A stretch of 64,000 bases of DNA from Promethearchaeota archaeon (GCA_011364925.1 RDOA01000007.1:32001-96000), one strand, 5' to 3'; positions 9,470-19,387 are shown, counted from the stretch's first letter. The notes: a model not told the origin generated them from the sequence alone. Numbers and translations are program-made.

Positions 9470-10192
9470 ATGTTGCTTCAAAGTATTCTTATTCAGAGAA
9501 TTACTCTTGTCTTGATGTTCCAGGTATGGCCAATTTTTTTTTTATCGTACCTTGCTTACAAATTGTTAAAGAGAGCAAGAAATAGGGCCACATATTCTCT
9601 GAGTACCGTTTTTATTTTTATCGCATTTGCGTATGCGTTAATCTCATTGTCAGCATTTCTTTTTTTTCTACCTATGTCTTATTTTTTGTATATTGTTGGA
9701 TTGTATTTCTTCGTTTTGGGCAACTGTTTTTTTGTCATTTTTAGTTGGGTGTTGGTAAGACTTGAGGAAAAATCTCCCTATTGGATGTATTCGTTGTGGG
9801 TCACATTTTATGGAGTACTCTCTTCATATATTATATTATTAGGATATTTCTTTGACGGGATTAGATATGATTCTAGTACGGGATGGATTCCGACTTATAA
9901 CTGGTTTTTTTTAGCGTTAAGTTGGTTAATTTTCTCGGTTTTTATAGTAATTCCTCAGATTCCTCTTTCAATTAGGTTAATAAAAGTTTTTGAAGGTAAA
10001 GTTTTAAAAAAGAGAATATATTGGTATTTAATTTGCGTATTTTTTGAATTTAGTCTGGCATTTGCTGCATTTCTCTATAACACGTGGGTAGATAATCAAA
10101 TTTATAGGTTCGTTTATGTGTTTATTTTTCCCCCTTTAGGTTCGATCGGAGCATATCTAATTTACCGGAGTTTTATCAAAGAATTAGACTAG
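9470..10192 (+). CDS. Stand-alone 7TM membrane protein (HisKA_7TM-like sensor domain), paralog 1
   Basis: Seven hydrophobic segments, GIRYDSSTGWIPTY loop between TM4 and TM5; clear paralog of the next gene. Confidence 0.8.
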   Translation: MLLQSILIQRITLVLMFQVWPIFFLSYLAYKLLKRARNRATYSLSTVFIFIAFAYALISLSAFLFFLPMSYFLYIVGLYFFVLGNCFFVIFSWVLVRLEEKSPYWMYSLWVTFYGVLSSYIILLGYFFDGIRYDSSTGWIPTYNWFFLALSWLIFSVFIVIPQIPLSIRLIKVFEGKVLKKRIYWYLICVFFEFSLAFAAFLYNTWVDNQIYRFVYVFIFPPLGSIGAYLIYRSFIKELD

Positions 10193-10278
10193 GCGCCTAT
10201 AAATTATGTCCAAGCTTTTTTAACTCTTAAAAAGTTATCTTTAAATTATTGATAGTTTAATTATTATAAAGAGACAAA

Positions 10279-10998
10279 ATGCTTCTTCAAGATGCTCTTA
10301 CTCAAAGAATAATTATTGTTTTAATTGTTCAAGTTTGGCCAATTTTTTATGGGTCAATTTTAGCTTATAAAATATTAAAACGTAGAAAAAATCGGTCGAC
10401 CTATACACTTGCTACCCCTTTTATTTTAAATTCCATAACATATTTCTTAGCTACACTTTCAATCCTTTTTCTAAATACACCCTTCGCATACATCTTATAT
10501 ATAACTGGAATATATTTTTACGCATACTGCCATTGTTTTTTCATTATTTTAAGTTGGATTTTAGTAAGACTAGATGACCAAGCTCCCTTTTGGAAATTCA
10601 TCTTAATTGTTTCTTTTTATGGAATTATCTCAACTTACGTTTTTTGGATTGGATTTTATTTTAAAGGGATACGCTATGATGCGAGTACAACATGGATACC
10701 TACTTATAGTCTGTTTTTTCTCCTCTTCAGTTGGAGCTTTTTAGTAATTTTTATACTTATACCCCAAATCTATTTCTCATTTAAATTAAAAAAAATATTT
10801 GAAGGTGCAACATTAAGGCGTAGAATTAACATGTATTTAGTTAGTTTTTATTTAGAATTTCTTGTAGTCTTTTCAGTATTTCTATATAATACTTGGATAG
10901 ACAACCAGATTTACCGAATATTTTATCTTGTAATAATGCCAGCAACTTCAACCATTGCCGCCTTTTTAGTCTATAAAGGGTTTGGTAAAAATCTATAA
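10279..10998 (+). CDS. Stand-alone 7TM membrane protein, paralog 2
   Basis: Shares MLLQ, QVWPIF, GIRYD-x-WIPTY, IPQI and LYNTWxDNQIYR with 9470-10192. Confidence 0.8.
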   Translation: MLLQDALTQRIIIVLIVQVWPIFYGSILAYKILKRRKNRSTYTLATPFILNSITYFLATLSILFLNTPFAYILYITGIYFYAYCHCFFIILSWILVRLDDQAPFWKFILIVSFYGIISTYVFWIGFYFKGIRYDASTTWIPTYSLFFLLFSWSFLVIFILIPQIYFSFKLKKIFEGATLRRRINMYLVSFYLEFLVVFSVFLYNTWIDNQIYRIFYLVIMPATSTIAAFLVYKGFGKNL

Positions 10999-11000
10999 GA

Positions 11001-11717
11001 TTAGCTTAGATACTTTAAAGCTACTTCTGTAGAATTCTTAGCTTCCTCAACAGAAACCATTCCAATAGTGACACAACAAATATTATGGTGAGAAATATAA
11101 TCATAAGCTTGGTTCACATCTAATTTTCCGGCTGCTAGAGTCTTCATGCCAATAAAGTATTTATCTTTGTTCTCGTTTACAATGCCTTCTAACTTAGTTG
11201 GATTTCCCATCAAGAATCCTTTGGCATTAAAGGGAATTAAAAATGTCTTTACAGAGGGAAGGTTTTCGAATGCATATTCCAAAGTGGGAATAGGATTATG
11301 AACCGCTATCCCCGGAATTATACCTAGTGATTCAATATCATTAATTAATTTTCCTAATATCTCATCTTTTCGATCTGAAATCATTCCATGGGCAAAAATT
11401 ATCTTTGCGTCAAGAGCTGCTAAAACATCAATCATCGGATCAGGACCTGGATATGTAGACCCAGTTATAATAAAGTCGTCGTGAGTTTCTGCCATAGTTT
11501 TTGCAGCTTCACCAACTTTTCCTGCCGGAACCAACTCAATTCCACGTCCTCCAGCCTCATAACTAGCATTTAATATTTCTAAAACAGCATCCTTATCGTT
11601 TAGAAATTTCTTACGATAAAACCACGCATTTACACCAAATTGTCCAGCTCCTAAAAAGGGGGAAGTTCCAACAGATACAAGTGGGATTTTCTTTCCGTCT
11701 ATCTCGTAAAAAATAAT
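11001..11717 (-). CDS. Conserved archaeal aldo/keto-reductase-like TIM-barrel protein; probable ATT start at 11717
   Basis: The frame stays open 61 codons upstream of the track start (IFYEIDGKKIPLVSVGTSPFLGAGQFG...) up to a TAG; GGTGGT lies 3 nt before the ATT; MKTLAAG motif. Confidence 0.75.
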   Translation of the reverse strand: MIFYEIDGKKIPLVSVGTSPFLGAGQFGVNAWFYRKKFLNDKDAVLEILNASYEAGGRGIELVPAGKVGEAAKTMAETHDDFIITGSTYPGPDPMIDVLAALDAKIIFAHGMISDRKDEILGKLINDIESLGIIPGIAVHNPIPTLEYAFENLPSVKTFLIPFNAKGFLMGNPTKLEGIVNENKDKYFIGMKTLAAGKLDVNQAYDYISHHNICCVTIGMVSVEEAKNSTEVALKYLS

Positions 11718-11865
11718 CTAACCACCATAAAGTTTTATATTTTTTAGCAAAATTTTTCAATCATTATAAACCTTTATGTGAATTTGATTAATCACCTAAT
11801 TAATAAAAAGTATAAAAATTCTACAATCTAAATTATATTAATTCTCAAATAAAGGTAACAAAAAA

Positions 11866-13704
11866 ATGACAGATCCAAATGCGATAAAGAACAATCCATT
11901 TATAGAGTTAGGTGAGATCCCCGAAAAAAAGTATAAAGAGGGGTATATCATTGAAACAGCTTATATTACAGTACGGGATGGAGTGAAGATTGCTGCTACA
12001 ATTTGTCTTCCTAAAGGACTTCCTCCCAACGCTAAAATTCCTACTGTTTTAACTCAAACTAGATATTGGAGAGCTATGGAATTACGAATTCCGTTTAGGT
12101 GGATCCTTGATAGTATGGTACCGAACGCTCCAAATCCAGAAGTTGTAACTAGTCGGGGTTATGCCCTTATATACACTGATGTTCGTGGAACGGGAGCTTC
12201 AACGGGATCAAGAACTACTCCTTTTTCTGAAGAGGAAGTTAAAGACGGATACGATATTGTGGAGTGGATTATTGCTCAACCTTGGTCAGATGGAAATGTG
12301 GTCTCCAAAGGTATTTCTTATACAGGAATTACGGCAGAAATGTTTGCGAGGAACTTGCATCCAGCAATTAAAGCAGTAATTCCCGGTCATGGATTTTGGG
12401 ATCCATATACAGATGTTGCGTTTCCCGGTGGATGTTTTGACTATGGTTTCATTCAGATGTGGTCGTTTATTGGCAAGAATCTAGATTTAAACAACCCTAA
12501 AGTATTTAGGCAAGTCATGCCCGATGCGTGGCTGGTTGTGAAGGGCGTAAAATCCGTTAAATCAGATAAAGATTTAGAATTGTTGAATGAAGCAATAACA
12601 CAGCATAAATCTAATCAATATGTTTACGAACATACTCTTGATAAGAGTTATCGAGACGATCAAATTTTAGACGGTTCTTCTTTTGATGACTTCAGCGTTT
12701 TCGCCCATAAACAAGAAATCGCGCGTTCTAATCTACCAATTCTTGCTTGGTGTTCGTGGTTAGATTCTGGTTATGGAGATGCTATTATCCATAGATTCAT
12801 GAATACTCCTAATCCTCATATTGCTATTTTAGGCGATTGGAGTCATGGAGCAATTCTACCTGCGAATCAATTTTTTCCTAACAGAACTACAGTAACTCCT
12901 GCACCAAGAGATAAGGTGAATGCTTGGATTAATTTCTATGACAAGTGTATTTACGGTGAAGGTATCCAAGGAAAAGTGATATATTATTATACCTTAGTTG
13001 AGGAAAAATGGAAAAAATCTAATGTTTGGCCACCATTTGGGCATAATTACCAAAAATGGTATTTTTCTGATAATTTTACATTAACTCAAGAAAAACCTGA
13101 GAGCACTGTTGGAGAAGACTCGTATAAAGTTAATTTTCGCGCAACAACGGGGAGAAATAACCGATGGTGGGCTTTATTAGGGCTTCCGATAACCTACGAA
13201 AATAGAGCGAAAGTCGATGAAAAGTTAATATGCTACACCAGCCAACCATTAGAAAGCGATACTGAAATTACTGGGCAAATAATACTTTGTTTATATCTGA
13301 AATCAACGCACGATGATGGGTCAATTTTCGCCTATTTCGAGGATGTAGACGAGAACGGTAAGATCACTTATATAACAGATGGTGAATTTCGAGTAATTCA
13401 CAGAAAAATTTTAACTGAGAATCCCCCTTACAAAATATTGATTCCATATCATAGCTACAAAAAAGAGGATGCCGCTCCTCTCGTTCCGGGGGAAATAACA
13501 GAGATAAAGTTTGGATTACACTCAACTTCAGTTCTCATAAAAAAGGGTCATCGAATTAAGATTGGTATTGCTGGTGCAGATAAAGATACCTTCATCAGGT
13601 ATCCTGCTGAAGGAAGACCGACAATCACTATTTCGAGAAATAGTACCTATGCTTCATATCTTGAGATTCCAATTATCAAAAAACAACAGGAGGGTGAAAA
13701 ATAA
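11866..13704 (+). CDS. CocE/NonD family serine hydrolase
   Basis: VRDGVKIA, TRYWR, DVRGTGASTG, WIIAQPWSDG, nucleophile GISYTG. Confidence 0.93.
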   Translation: MTDPNAIKNNPFIELGEIPEKKYKEGYIIETAYITVRDGVKIAATICLPKGLPPNAKIPTVLTQTRYWRAMELRIPFRWILDSMVPNAPNPEVVTSRGYALIYTDVRGTGASTGSRTTPFSEEEVKDGYDIVEWIIAQPWSDGNVVSKGISYTGITAEMFARNLHPAIKAVIPGHGFWDPYTDVAFPGGCFDYGFIQMWSFIGKNLDLNNPKVFRQVMPDAWLVVKGVKSVKSDKDLELLNEAITQHKSNQYVYEHTLDKSYRDDQILDGSSFDDFSVFAHKQEIARSNLPILAWCSWLDSGYGDAIIHRFMNTPNPHIAILGDWSHGAILPANQFFPNRTTVTPAPRDKVNAWINFYDKCIYGEGIQGKVIYYYTLVEEKWKKSNVWPPFGHNYQKWYFSDNFTLTQEKPESTVGEDSYKVNFRATTGRNNRWWALLGLPITYENRAKVDEKLICYTSQPLESDTEITGQIILCLYLKSTHDDGSIFAYFEDVDENGKITYITDGEFRVIHRKILTENPPYKILIPYHSYKKEDAAPLVPGEITEIKFGLHSTSVLIKKGHRIKIGIAGADKDTFIRYPAEGRPTITISRNSTYASYLEIPIIKKQQEGEK

Positions 13705-14063
13705 TGGAAGAATTACTACCCAGTCTAAAAGGAATGCTTAAAGAAGCGATAGACATCGATAATGATGCATTAAATTTAACGATCACATTAACAGTTAAAA
13801 ACAAAATTAATGGAGTTATCGCTGAGCCCGAAGAAGTCGGTATAATGTTGAAAATGTATGGCGGTTTAACAGAAGAAATCCCGATGGAAATCAATATAGA
13901 CAATGAGAATCAAAAAATCATTTTAAAGTTCAAAAATGAAGAAGATTTTATGGAAATCGCTGAAATTTTTAAGAAAATATGGGATAACGCTATTGATCTG
14001 CTTTATCAAGCAATAAAAAGCGATTTTAGTCGCATTAAAAACATCCCTGATATCGACGATTAA
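13704..14063 (+). CDS. Hypothetical acidic protein
   Basis: TAATG overlap with the upstream gene and GGAGGGTG SD-like motif. Confidence 0.75.
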   Translation: MEELLPSLKGMLKEAIDIDNDALNLTITLTVKNKINGVIAEPEEVGIMLKMYGGLTEEIPMEINIDNENQKIILKFKNEEDFMEIAEIFKKIWDNAIDLLYQAIKSDFSRIKNIPDIDD

Positions 14064-14072
14064 ACTTTTTTT

Positions 14073-15065
14073 TTACTTTTTCTTTATTAATTGGCTTGAA
14101 GTCTGAGAATCTTTTTGTAATACTTCAAAAAATTTTGATAAATCGATATTGCCACCACTGATTATTAATCCAACTTTTTTATTCTTTATTAATGATGGTT
14201 CGATGTTGCCTGATAATAATCCTGCTAAAGGTACTGCCCCTGAAGGTTCTACAACGAGTTTCATGCGTTCCCAATAGAATTTCATAGCGTCAATAATTTG
14301 CTCTTCAGAAACGGTAACGATATCATCGACATATTCTTGAATTATTGGAAATGTCTTTTCTCCTACAGAAGTCCTTAATCCATCTGCAATTGTATTTGCG
14401 TTTACAACTGGTAAGCGCATTCCCGATTGAAATGAACGATAGGCATCATCCGCGTTTTTGGGTTCTATACCTATAACTTTTATTCTTGGAAGTAATCCTT
14501 TTGCTGCAATCGAGCACCCACTAATCAAACCACCACCTCCTATTGGAACAAGTAATAAGTCGATTGGTTTTATCGAAGTTAAAAATTCGTACGCAGTCGT
14601 ACCAGCTCCAAATATAACGTTGTAATCATCGAAAGGATGAACTAACCTGTAACCGTATTGTTCCACGAGTTCTTCAGCCATCTTAGCTCGATCACCAGGA
14701 TTATTTCCACAGAATATTACATCTGCTCCATAACCTTTAGTAGCTTGGATTTTGGAAGGAGTTGCATTATTCGGCATAATTATCGTAGCCTTTATTTTCA
14801 GCATTGCAGATACTAAAGCAACAGCTTGAGCGAAATTTCCCGAAGAGTGAGCTATAATCCCTTTTTTTCTCTCATCATTCGATATGTGGCTAATCACGTT
14901 CCACGCTCCTCTAAACTTAAAGGAACCTGTACGTTGAAAGTTCTCGCACTTAACAATTACATCTTTTGCGCCTGTAATTGAATCTAAAGTCCTACTAGTC
15001 ATAACTGGTGTTGCATTTGCCACATATGAGATTAACTTAGCTGCGTTTTTAATACTTTTAAAAAT
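14073..15065 (-). CDS. PLP-dependent threonine/serine dehydratase or serine racemase family protein (no ACT domain); probable ATT start at 15065
   Basis: KCENFQRTGSFKFRGA, SSGNFAQA, PIGGGGL, TIADGL, EPSGA, SGGN. The usual first helix (IFKSIKNAAKLI) lies upstream of the GTG at 15023. Confidence 0.9.
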   Translation of the reverse strand: MFKSIKNAAKLISYVANATPVMTSRTLDSITGAKDVIVKCENFQRTGSFKFRGAWNVISHISNDERKKGIIAHSSGNFAQAVALVSAMLKIKATIIMPNNATPSKIQATKGYGADVIFCGNNPGDRAKMAEELVEQYGYRLVHPFDDYNVIFGAGTTAYEFLTSIKPIDLLLVPIGGGGLISGCSIAAKGLLPRIKVIGIEPKNADDAYRSFQSGMRLPVVNANTIADGLRTSVGEKTFPIIQEYVDDIVTVSEEQIIDAMKFYWERMKLVVEPSGAVPLAGLLSGNIEPSLIKNKKVGLIISGGNIDLSKFFEVLQKDSQTSSQLIKKK

Positions 15066-15167
15066 TTAAATCAACTCGCTATTTAGTTTAAAGGACAATT
15101 TGATTGTATTAATTAGTATAATAATATTAGTAATCTTAAAAAAAATGTTAATATGAGTTGAGAGCTT

Positions 15168-16265
15168 TTATTGCTGTTGAGCTAGTTGTAGGGGAGGAAT
15201 AAATACTTCCCGAAGCCCAGTTCTTTCTAATTTCCTTGCTTTCTCAGGGCAATGATGAGCACAGAGGCCACAACCTATACATTTATTAAGAATTGTTGAG
15301 GAAAGAGCATCTACTAATTCAATTGCGTCTATTGGGCATTTGCTTATGCAAGTTCCACATCCTGTGCATTTATTTTTATTGACTCTTGCGATATAGTAAG
15401 TTAAAGTATGAAAAGGGAGTATTCCTCTCTTATATAGTTGGAAAAACTGACAGCAACAATCACAACAGTTACAAAATGCATTTTCTTCTTGGTCTGGATT
15501 TTTCAGATGAATAGCTTTGTGGATAAGCCCATCTTCTTCAGCTTCTTTCAAGATTTCTAAGGCTTTTGCTTTAGATATTAGGGTACTAAACTTGTGATCT
15601 ATAAGAAATTGAGCGTATCTTCCGAATTGAAAGCAACATAATTTCGGGCTTTCTAATTTACATTCTTGTTGTAAGTTATTTTTCCAATTTCTACAATAAC
15701 AATAATTAACAGCTATAATTTCATTTCTTTCTATAATACTTTTAGCGTTTTCATAAGGTAATACTACATCTCGATATGCTTCGACTTCTTTATTAACAGG
15801 AACAACTCTATCTATTGGTTTACGAGCCTTAAACTGCTCTACAATTACATTATAATTACTTTGAGTCAAGTCCCTTAACTCATCTAATAATTTATCTATC
15901 TGTTTAGCTACTTCCTTCTGCTTATTGCCTTGTTCACCTCTCATAAAAGGATATTCAATAAGCCCTGGAAGGATTGAGATTAATGAGTATACCATACTTC
16001 CCGTACTCCTACTTGGAATTCCCATTATTATTCCATTATCCATTAATTCATTGAGCATCTTTTTTAGTTCTAGATCGTTTAACTCAGTTTTAGATTTAAT
16101 CTGTTCCAAATTTAACGACCGTTTCCTAAAGAGTGACAGAAATTTTGCTTGATCTTCATTTACTAAAGTCTGAATTAGCTTAATTAATGTATCACTTATG
16201 GGGATAGGTGCACCTCCAGCATTAACAAAATTTCTCGCAACTTTTTGCCATAATTTCTCTGAAAT
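15168..16265 (-). CDS. 4Fe-4S dicluster-binding protein with CxCR / CNCCxCCC motifs; probable ATT start at 16265
   Basis: CYCR, CNCCDCCC and two CxxCxxCxxxCP motifs; the 52-codon upstream extension aligns with the N-terminus of the paralog at 25574-26728. Confidence 0.88.
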   Translation of the reverse strand: MSEKLWQKVARNFVNAGGAPIPISDTLIKLIQTLVNEDQAKFLSLFRKRSLNLEQIKSKTELNDLELKKMLNELMDNGIIMGIPSRSTGSMVYSLISILPGLIEYPFMRGEQGNKQKEVAKQIDKLLDELRDLTQSNYNVIVEQFKARKPIDRVVPVNKEVEAYRDVVLPYENAKSIIERNEIIAVNYCYCRNWKNNLQQECKLESPKLCCFQFGRYAQFLIDHKFSTLISKAKALEILKEAEEDGLIHKAIHLKNPDQEENAFCNCCDCCCQFFQLYKRGILPFHTLTYYIARVNKNKCTGCGTCISKCPIDAIELVDALSSTILNKCIGCGLCAHHCPEKARKLERTGLREVFIPPLQLAQQQ

Positions 16266-16477
16266 TTTTAATCATCTTTTAATTATAATTCAAATTACGC
16301 ATATTATCTATTCTCAAAATCCTAAATTATTTCAAGTGTCTGCTCCATCTTTCCTTTATACATTAGTTTCTCCACTTGTACTAGTAATTACTTGTACTAA
16401 TGAGTCTAATAATTTTTTTAATCTTAAAAAAAATGCCAATACAAATTATAAATATGATAATAACAAATACCATAATT

Positions 16478-17290
16478 ATGCCATATGTAGAGATTGACAA
16501 GGGTTATAAAGTCTATTATATAGAAAAAGGCAAAGGAAGGAATCTTGTATTTATCCATGGTTTTTTAGGCTCTTCTTGGTTATTCGAAGCTCAACTCGAT
16601 TATTTCTCAAGCAATTTTCATACGATTGCTATAGATCATTTAGGTCATGGCAAAAGCGATAAACCAGAGTCAGAATCCTACGAGTTAACGGATTTAACTA
16701 ATTTTTTGGATGCCACACTCTCAAAAATCATTGGCGACGAAAAAATCATCTTGGTGGGACACTCAATGGGTGGCATGATAAGTTTGCTATATACTTCAAA
16801 TCCAAATTTAGCTAAAAGATTGGATGGCCTAATTTTAATGTCAACAGCTCCTAAACTTAATAATCCTGGTTTAGTTCAATATATTAAAGATTTAAAATCA
16901 GGTGAAATGTCTCTCAAAGACAGGGAAACGATTGAGACAGTTTTTGTAGGACTCTGTTTTCAACGCAAAGCCCGAAAAGAACAAACTAATTTAATAAAAG
17001 AATTCGCAGATTTGACGTTACAAAATGAGGAGTACGTTGGTTTAAGAACGATGGAGTCAATTGTAAATAATTATAATGTAGAAGATAAATTATCAAGCAT
17101 TAACATACCTACATTAATTCTTACTGGAGACAAAGATATATTTATTCTTCCAGACGAATCGAAATTGATGAATCAGAAAATTCCTAATTCAAAATTAGTA
17201 ATATTAACGCCAAAAATAGGACATATGATTCAATACGAAGCTACAGAAGATTATCATAAAGCAATAGAAGATTTTCTAGGAGAAATATAG
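16478..17290 (+). CDS. Alpha/beta hydrolase
   Basis: FIHGF, DHLGHGKS, GHSMGG, GDKD, GH. Likely start MPYVEI at 16478, ~25 nt after TTATAAATA (leaderless). Confidence 0.92.
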   Translation: MPYVEIDKGYKVYYIEKGKGRNLVFIHGFLGSSWLFEAQLDYFSSNFHTIAIDHLGHGKSDKPESESYELTDLTNFLDATLSKIIGDEKIILVGHSMGGMISLLYTSNPNLAKRLDGLILMSTAPKLNNPGLVQYIKDLKSGEMSLKDRETIETVFVGLCFQRKARKEQTNLIKEFADLTLQNEEYVGLRTMESIVNNYNVEDKLSSINIPTLILTGDKDIFILPDESKLMNQKIPNSKLVILTPKIGHMIQYEATEDYHKAIEDFLGEI

Positions 17291-17366
17291 CCCTCCTGTA
17301 AAATAGATATTCATTTAAAATAATGGATATAAAAAAAATATAAAAAATATTTAATTCATTCTTTTT

Positions 17367-18092
17367 TTAACCTCTTACTCCTAAGTACATGAGTGAGATA
17401 CTAGCAACTAGACCTATTCTAATAAAGAATGTATATATTCCAGGGTCAAATAATCCGTCGAGAGCACCACAAATTATGAAAACGATCCAACCCAAAGAGA
17501 GATATAAAAATTTTCTTCTAATAGCACCAGCGGCTTTCCGACTCTTACTTAAAAATCCAAATCCGTTAAAAATAAGACCTGAAATTAAAAATACCAGCAT
17601 TAAAATGAATGCTATCGATCTAGGATTCATGCTAGTATTGAGTAGAGCGGTTCCATGGGGATCTTCTGGAAGTCGGTAAATGGCTTCGGGGTTAGTCAAA
17701 GAGTAATAAAAAACGATTATTTCAAATATTACGCTCAAAACTGCGTAAATTGAGACAATTAATTTCTTTCTATTAGGTGCCAATAGTTCTGCACCAATAT
17801 AGAGTCCAAATATAGTAATTGGTGCTGTCCAAGTATAACTAAGAAGTCCATATAGCCAATATGGATCCAAATTATCTTCGGTAAAAAGAATATGTATCAG
17901 ATCTACGGAAGCTCCTAATAATATAAAACCAGCACTCATAGTTGCCAAACCTGTTACGATTAATAAAGTAGATTTTAGCTTCGTACCTTTATAGAAACTC
18001 AATATTCCAACTATAATACCCGCACTGACAACAGCTAAAGCTGTTAATCCATCTAACCAGCCAATTGGATTAAGATTAATATCAAAAAGCAT
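17367..18092 (-). CDS. Stand-alone 7TM membrane protein (distant relative of the 9470/10279 pair)
   Basis: Seven hydrophobic segments, long loop between TM4 and TM5, basic AGAIRRKF before TM6. Confidence 0.75.
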   Translation of the reverse strand: MLFDINLNPIGWLDGLTALAVVSAGIIVGILSFYKGTKLKSTLLIVTGLATMSAGFILLGASVDLIHILFTEDNLDPYWLYGLLSYTWTAPITIFGLYIGAELLAPNRKKLIVSIYAVLSVIFEIIVFYYSLTNPEAIYRLPEDPHGTALLNTSMNPRSIAFILMLVFLISGLIFNGFGFLSKSRKAAGAIRRKFLYLSLGWIVFIICGALDGLFDPGIYTFFIRIGLVASISLMYLGVRG

Positions 18093-18202
18093 ATTATCAC
18101 ATTAATAAAGTGATTTCATTTTTTATAAATATTTGATGTTATCCTTTTTAAAACTATTTCTTTCACATTCTATAAGACTTTTTTATCCTTGATCGGATTT
18201 CT

Positions 18203-19387
18203 TTAATGTTCTAAAATTATAGTAGAACCCGTCGAGTATTTGTTCAAAGCCTGTTCATCAAGCTTGATACCCCATCCTGAATTTTCAGGAACTTTAGCCA
18301 TTCCATTACTATAATCAATAGGATCTAAAATTAAATCATCCTGTAGCATTTCTTGACCAAATAACTCGGTGGCATGGTCAATATAAGGATACTTTGCGGC
18401 TGTAAAATGAATATGCATTGCCGACGCTATTCCTAGGGGTTGATTATGCAAAACCACATCTAATCCGCGCATTTTCGCATAGTTTAAGGCTTTTAATGCT
18501 TTCGTAACTCCTCCTGGTCGTTCAGAGTTCAGTCCTAATACCTTTACAGCTTTCATCTCAACTAATGTTATAAAATCCTTTAAAGAAAAGAAACCTTCGT
18601 GAGCCATCAATGGAGTGTTGACTCTTTCCTGAACAAATGCCATTCCTACATAATCTGATGCTCTAACTGGTTGCTCTACAAAATCAATTACATATGGTTC
18701 AATGGCTTTAATAGCTCGAACAGCCATGTATGGTGTGTAAGCTTGGTTATAATCGACTCTTAACCTAATTTCGTTGCCAAACGTACTTCTGATGAGTTGC
18801 ACGATTTCAAGATCTCTTTCCACGCTACTTCCTAGTTTTAATCGAAAATTTCTAAAGCCTTTTTTATAATAAGATCGAAGTATCCCTTTAACTAATATTG
18901 GTTCTGCGAGAGGAATTAAAGCCGCTAGAGGGATTTTCTCCACAAATTTCCCTCCCATCAAATAACATGCGGGTAAGTTTAACAATTGCCCCATTAAATC
19001 ATAGCAAGCCATATCAATCAAACCTTTAGCTACTTCGCTTCGAGCTAAATTAAGATCCATCCGATGATTTATTCTTTCAATATTAAACGGATTTTCTCCT
19101 AATACATATTTGGACAGTGAATTTTTTATCGCGTCAATAACTTGATATGGTGACACTCCAGTTTCAGGTAACCAGACAAATACCTCACCTAATCCTACTT
19201 CTCCACTTTTACTAAACAATTTGCAAATGACAAAATCACCACCTGGCCAAGCTTCCTCTGCTCCAAGCATGAAACCTAAACCACCTTCACCTTCACTCAT
19301 TGCCTTTATTACAGCTTCTTTGAACGGAACATGCAAAGGGGTAAGTTCACATCTTTCGATTTCAAACTTCAAATTATTCACTAACAT
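18203..19387 (-). CDS. Enolase superfamily (mandelate racemase/muconate lactonizing enzyme-like) protein
   Basis: GLGE, IDMACYDLMG, RLKLG, RVDYNQ, VEQP, C-terminal GWGIKLD. Confidence 0.9.
   Translation of the reverse strand: MLVNNLKFEIERCELTPLHVPFKEAVIKAMSEGEGGLGFMLGAEEAWPGGDFVICKLFSKSGEVGLGEVFVWLPETGVSPYQVIDAIKNSLSKYVLGENPFNIERINHRMDLNLARSEVAKGLIDMACYDLMGQLLNLPACYLMGGKFVEKIPLAALIPLAEPILVKGILRSYYKKGFRNFRLKLGSSVERDLEIVQLIRSTFGNEIRLRVDYNQAYTPYMAVRAIKAIEPYVIDFVEQPVRASDYVGMAFVQERVNTPLMAHEGFFSLKDFITLVEMKAVKVLGLNSERPGGVTKALKALNYAKMRGLDVVLHNQPLGIASAMHIHFTAAKYPYIDHATELFGQEMLQDDLILDPIDYSNGMAKVPENSGWGIKLDEQALNKYSTGSTIILEH

Noticed and set aside
10960-10998. YKGFG at the end of TM7, reminiscent of the rhodopsin retinal-binding KxGFG
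   Set aside because: The Lys sits at the helix end, the paralog has YRSF, and no TM3 counter-ion motif is present.
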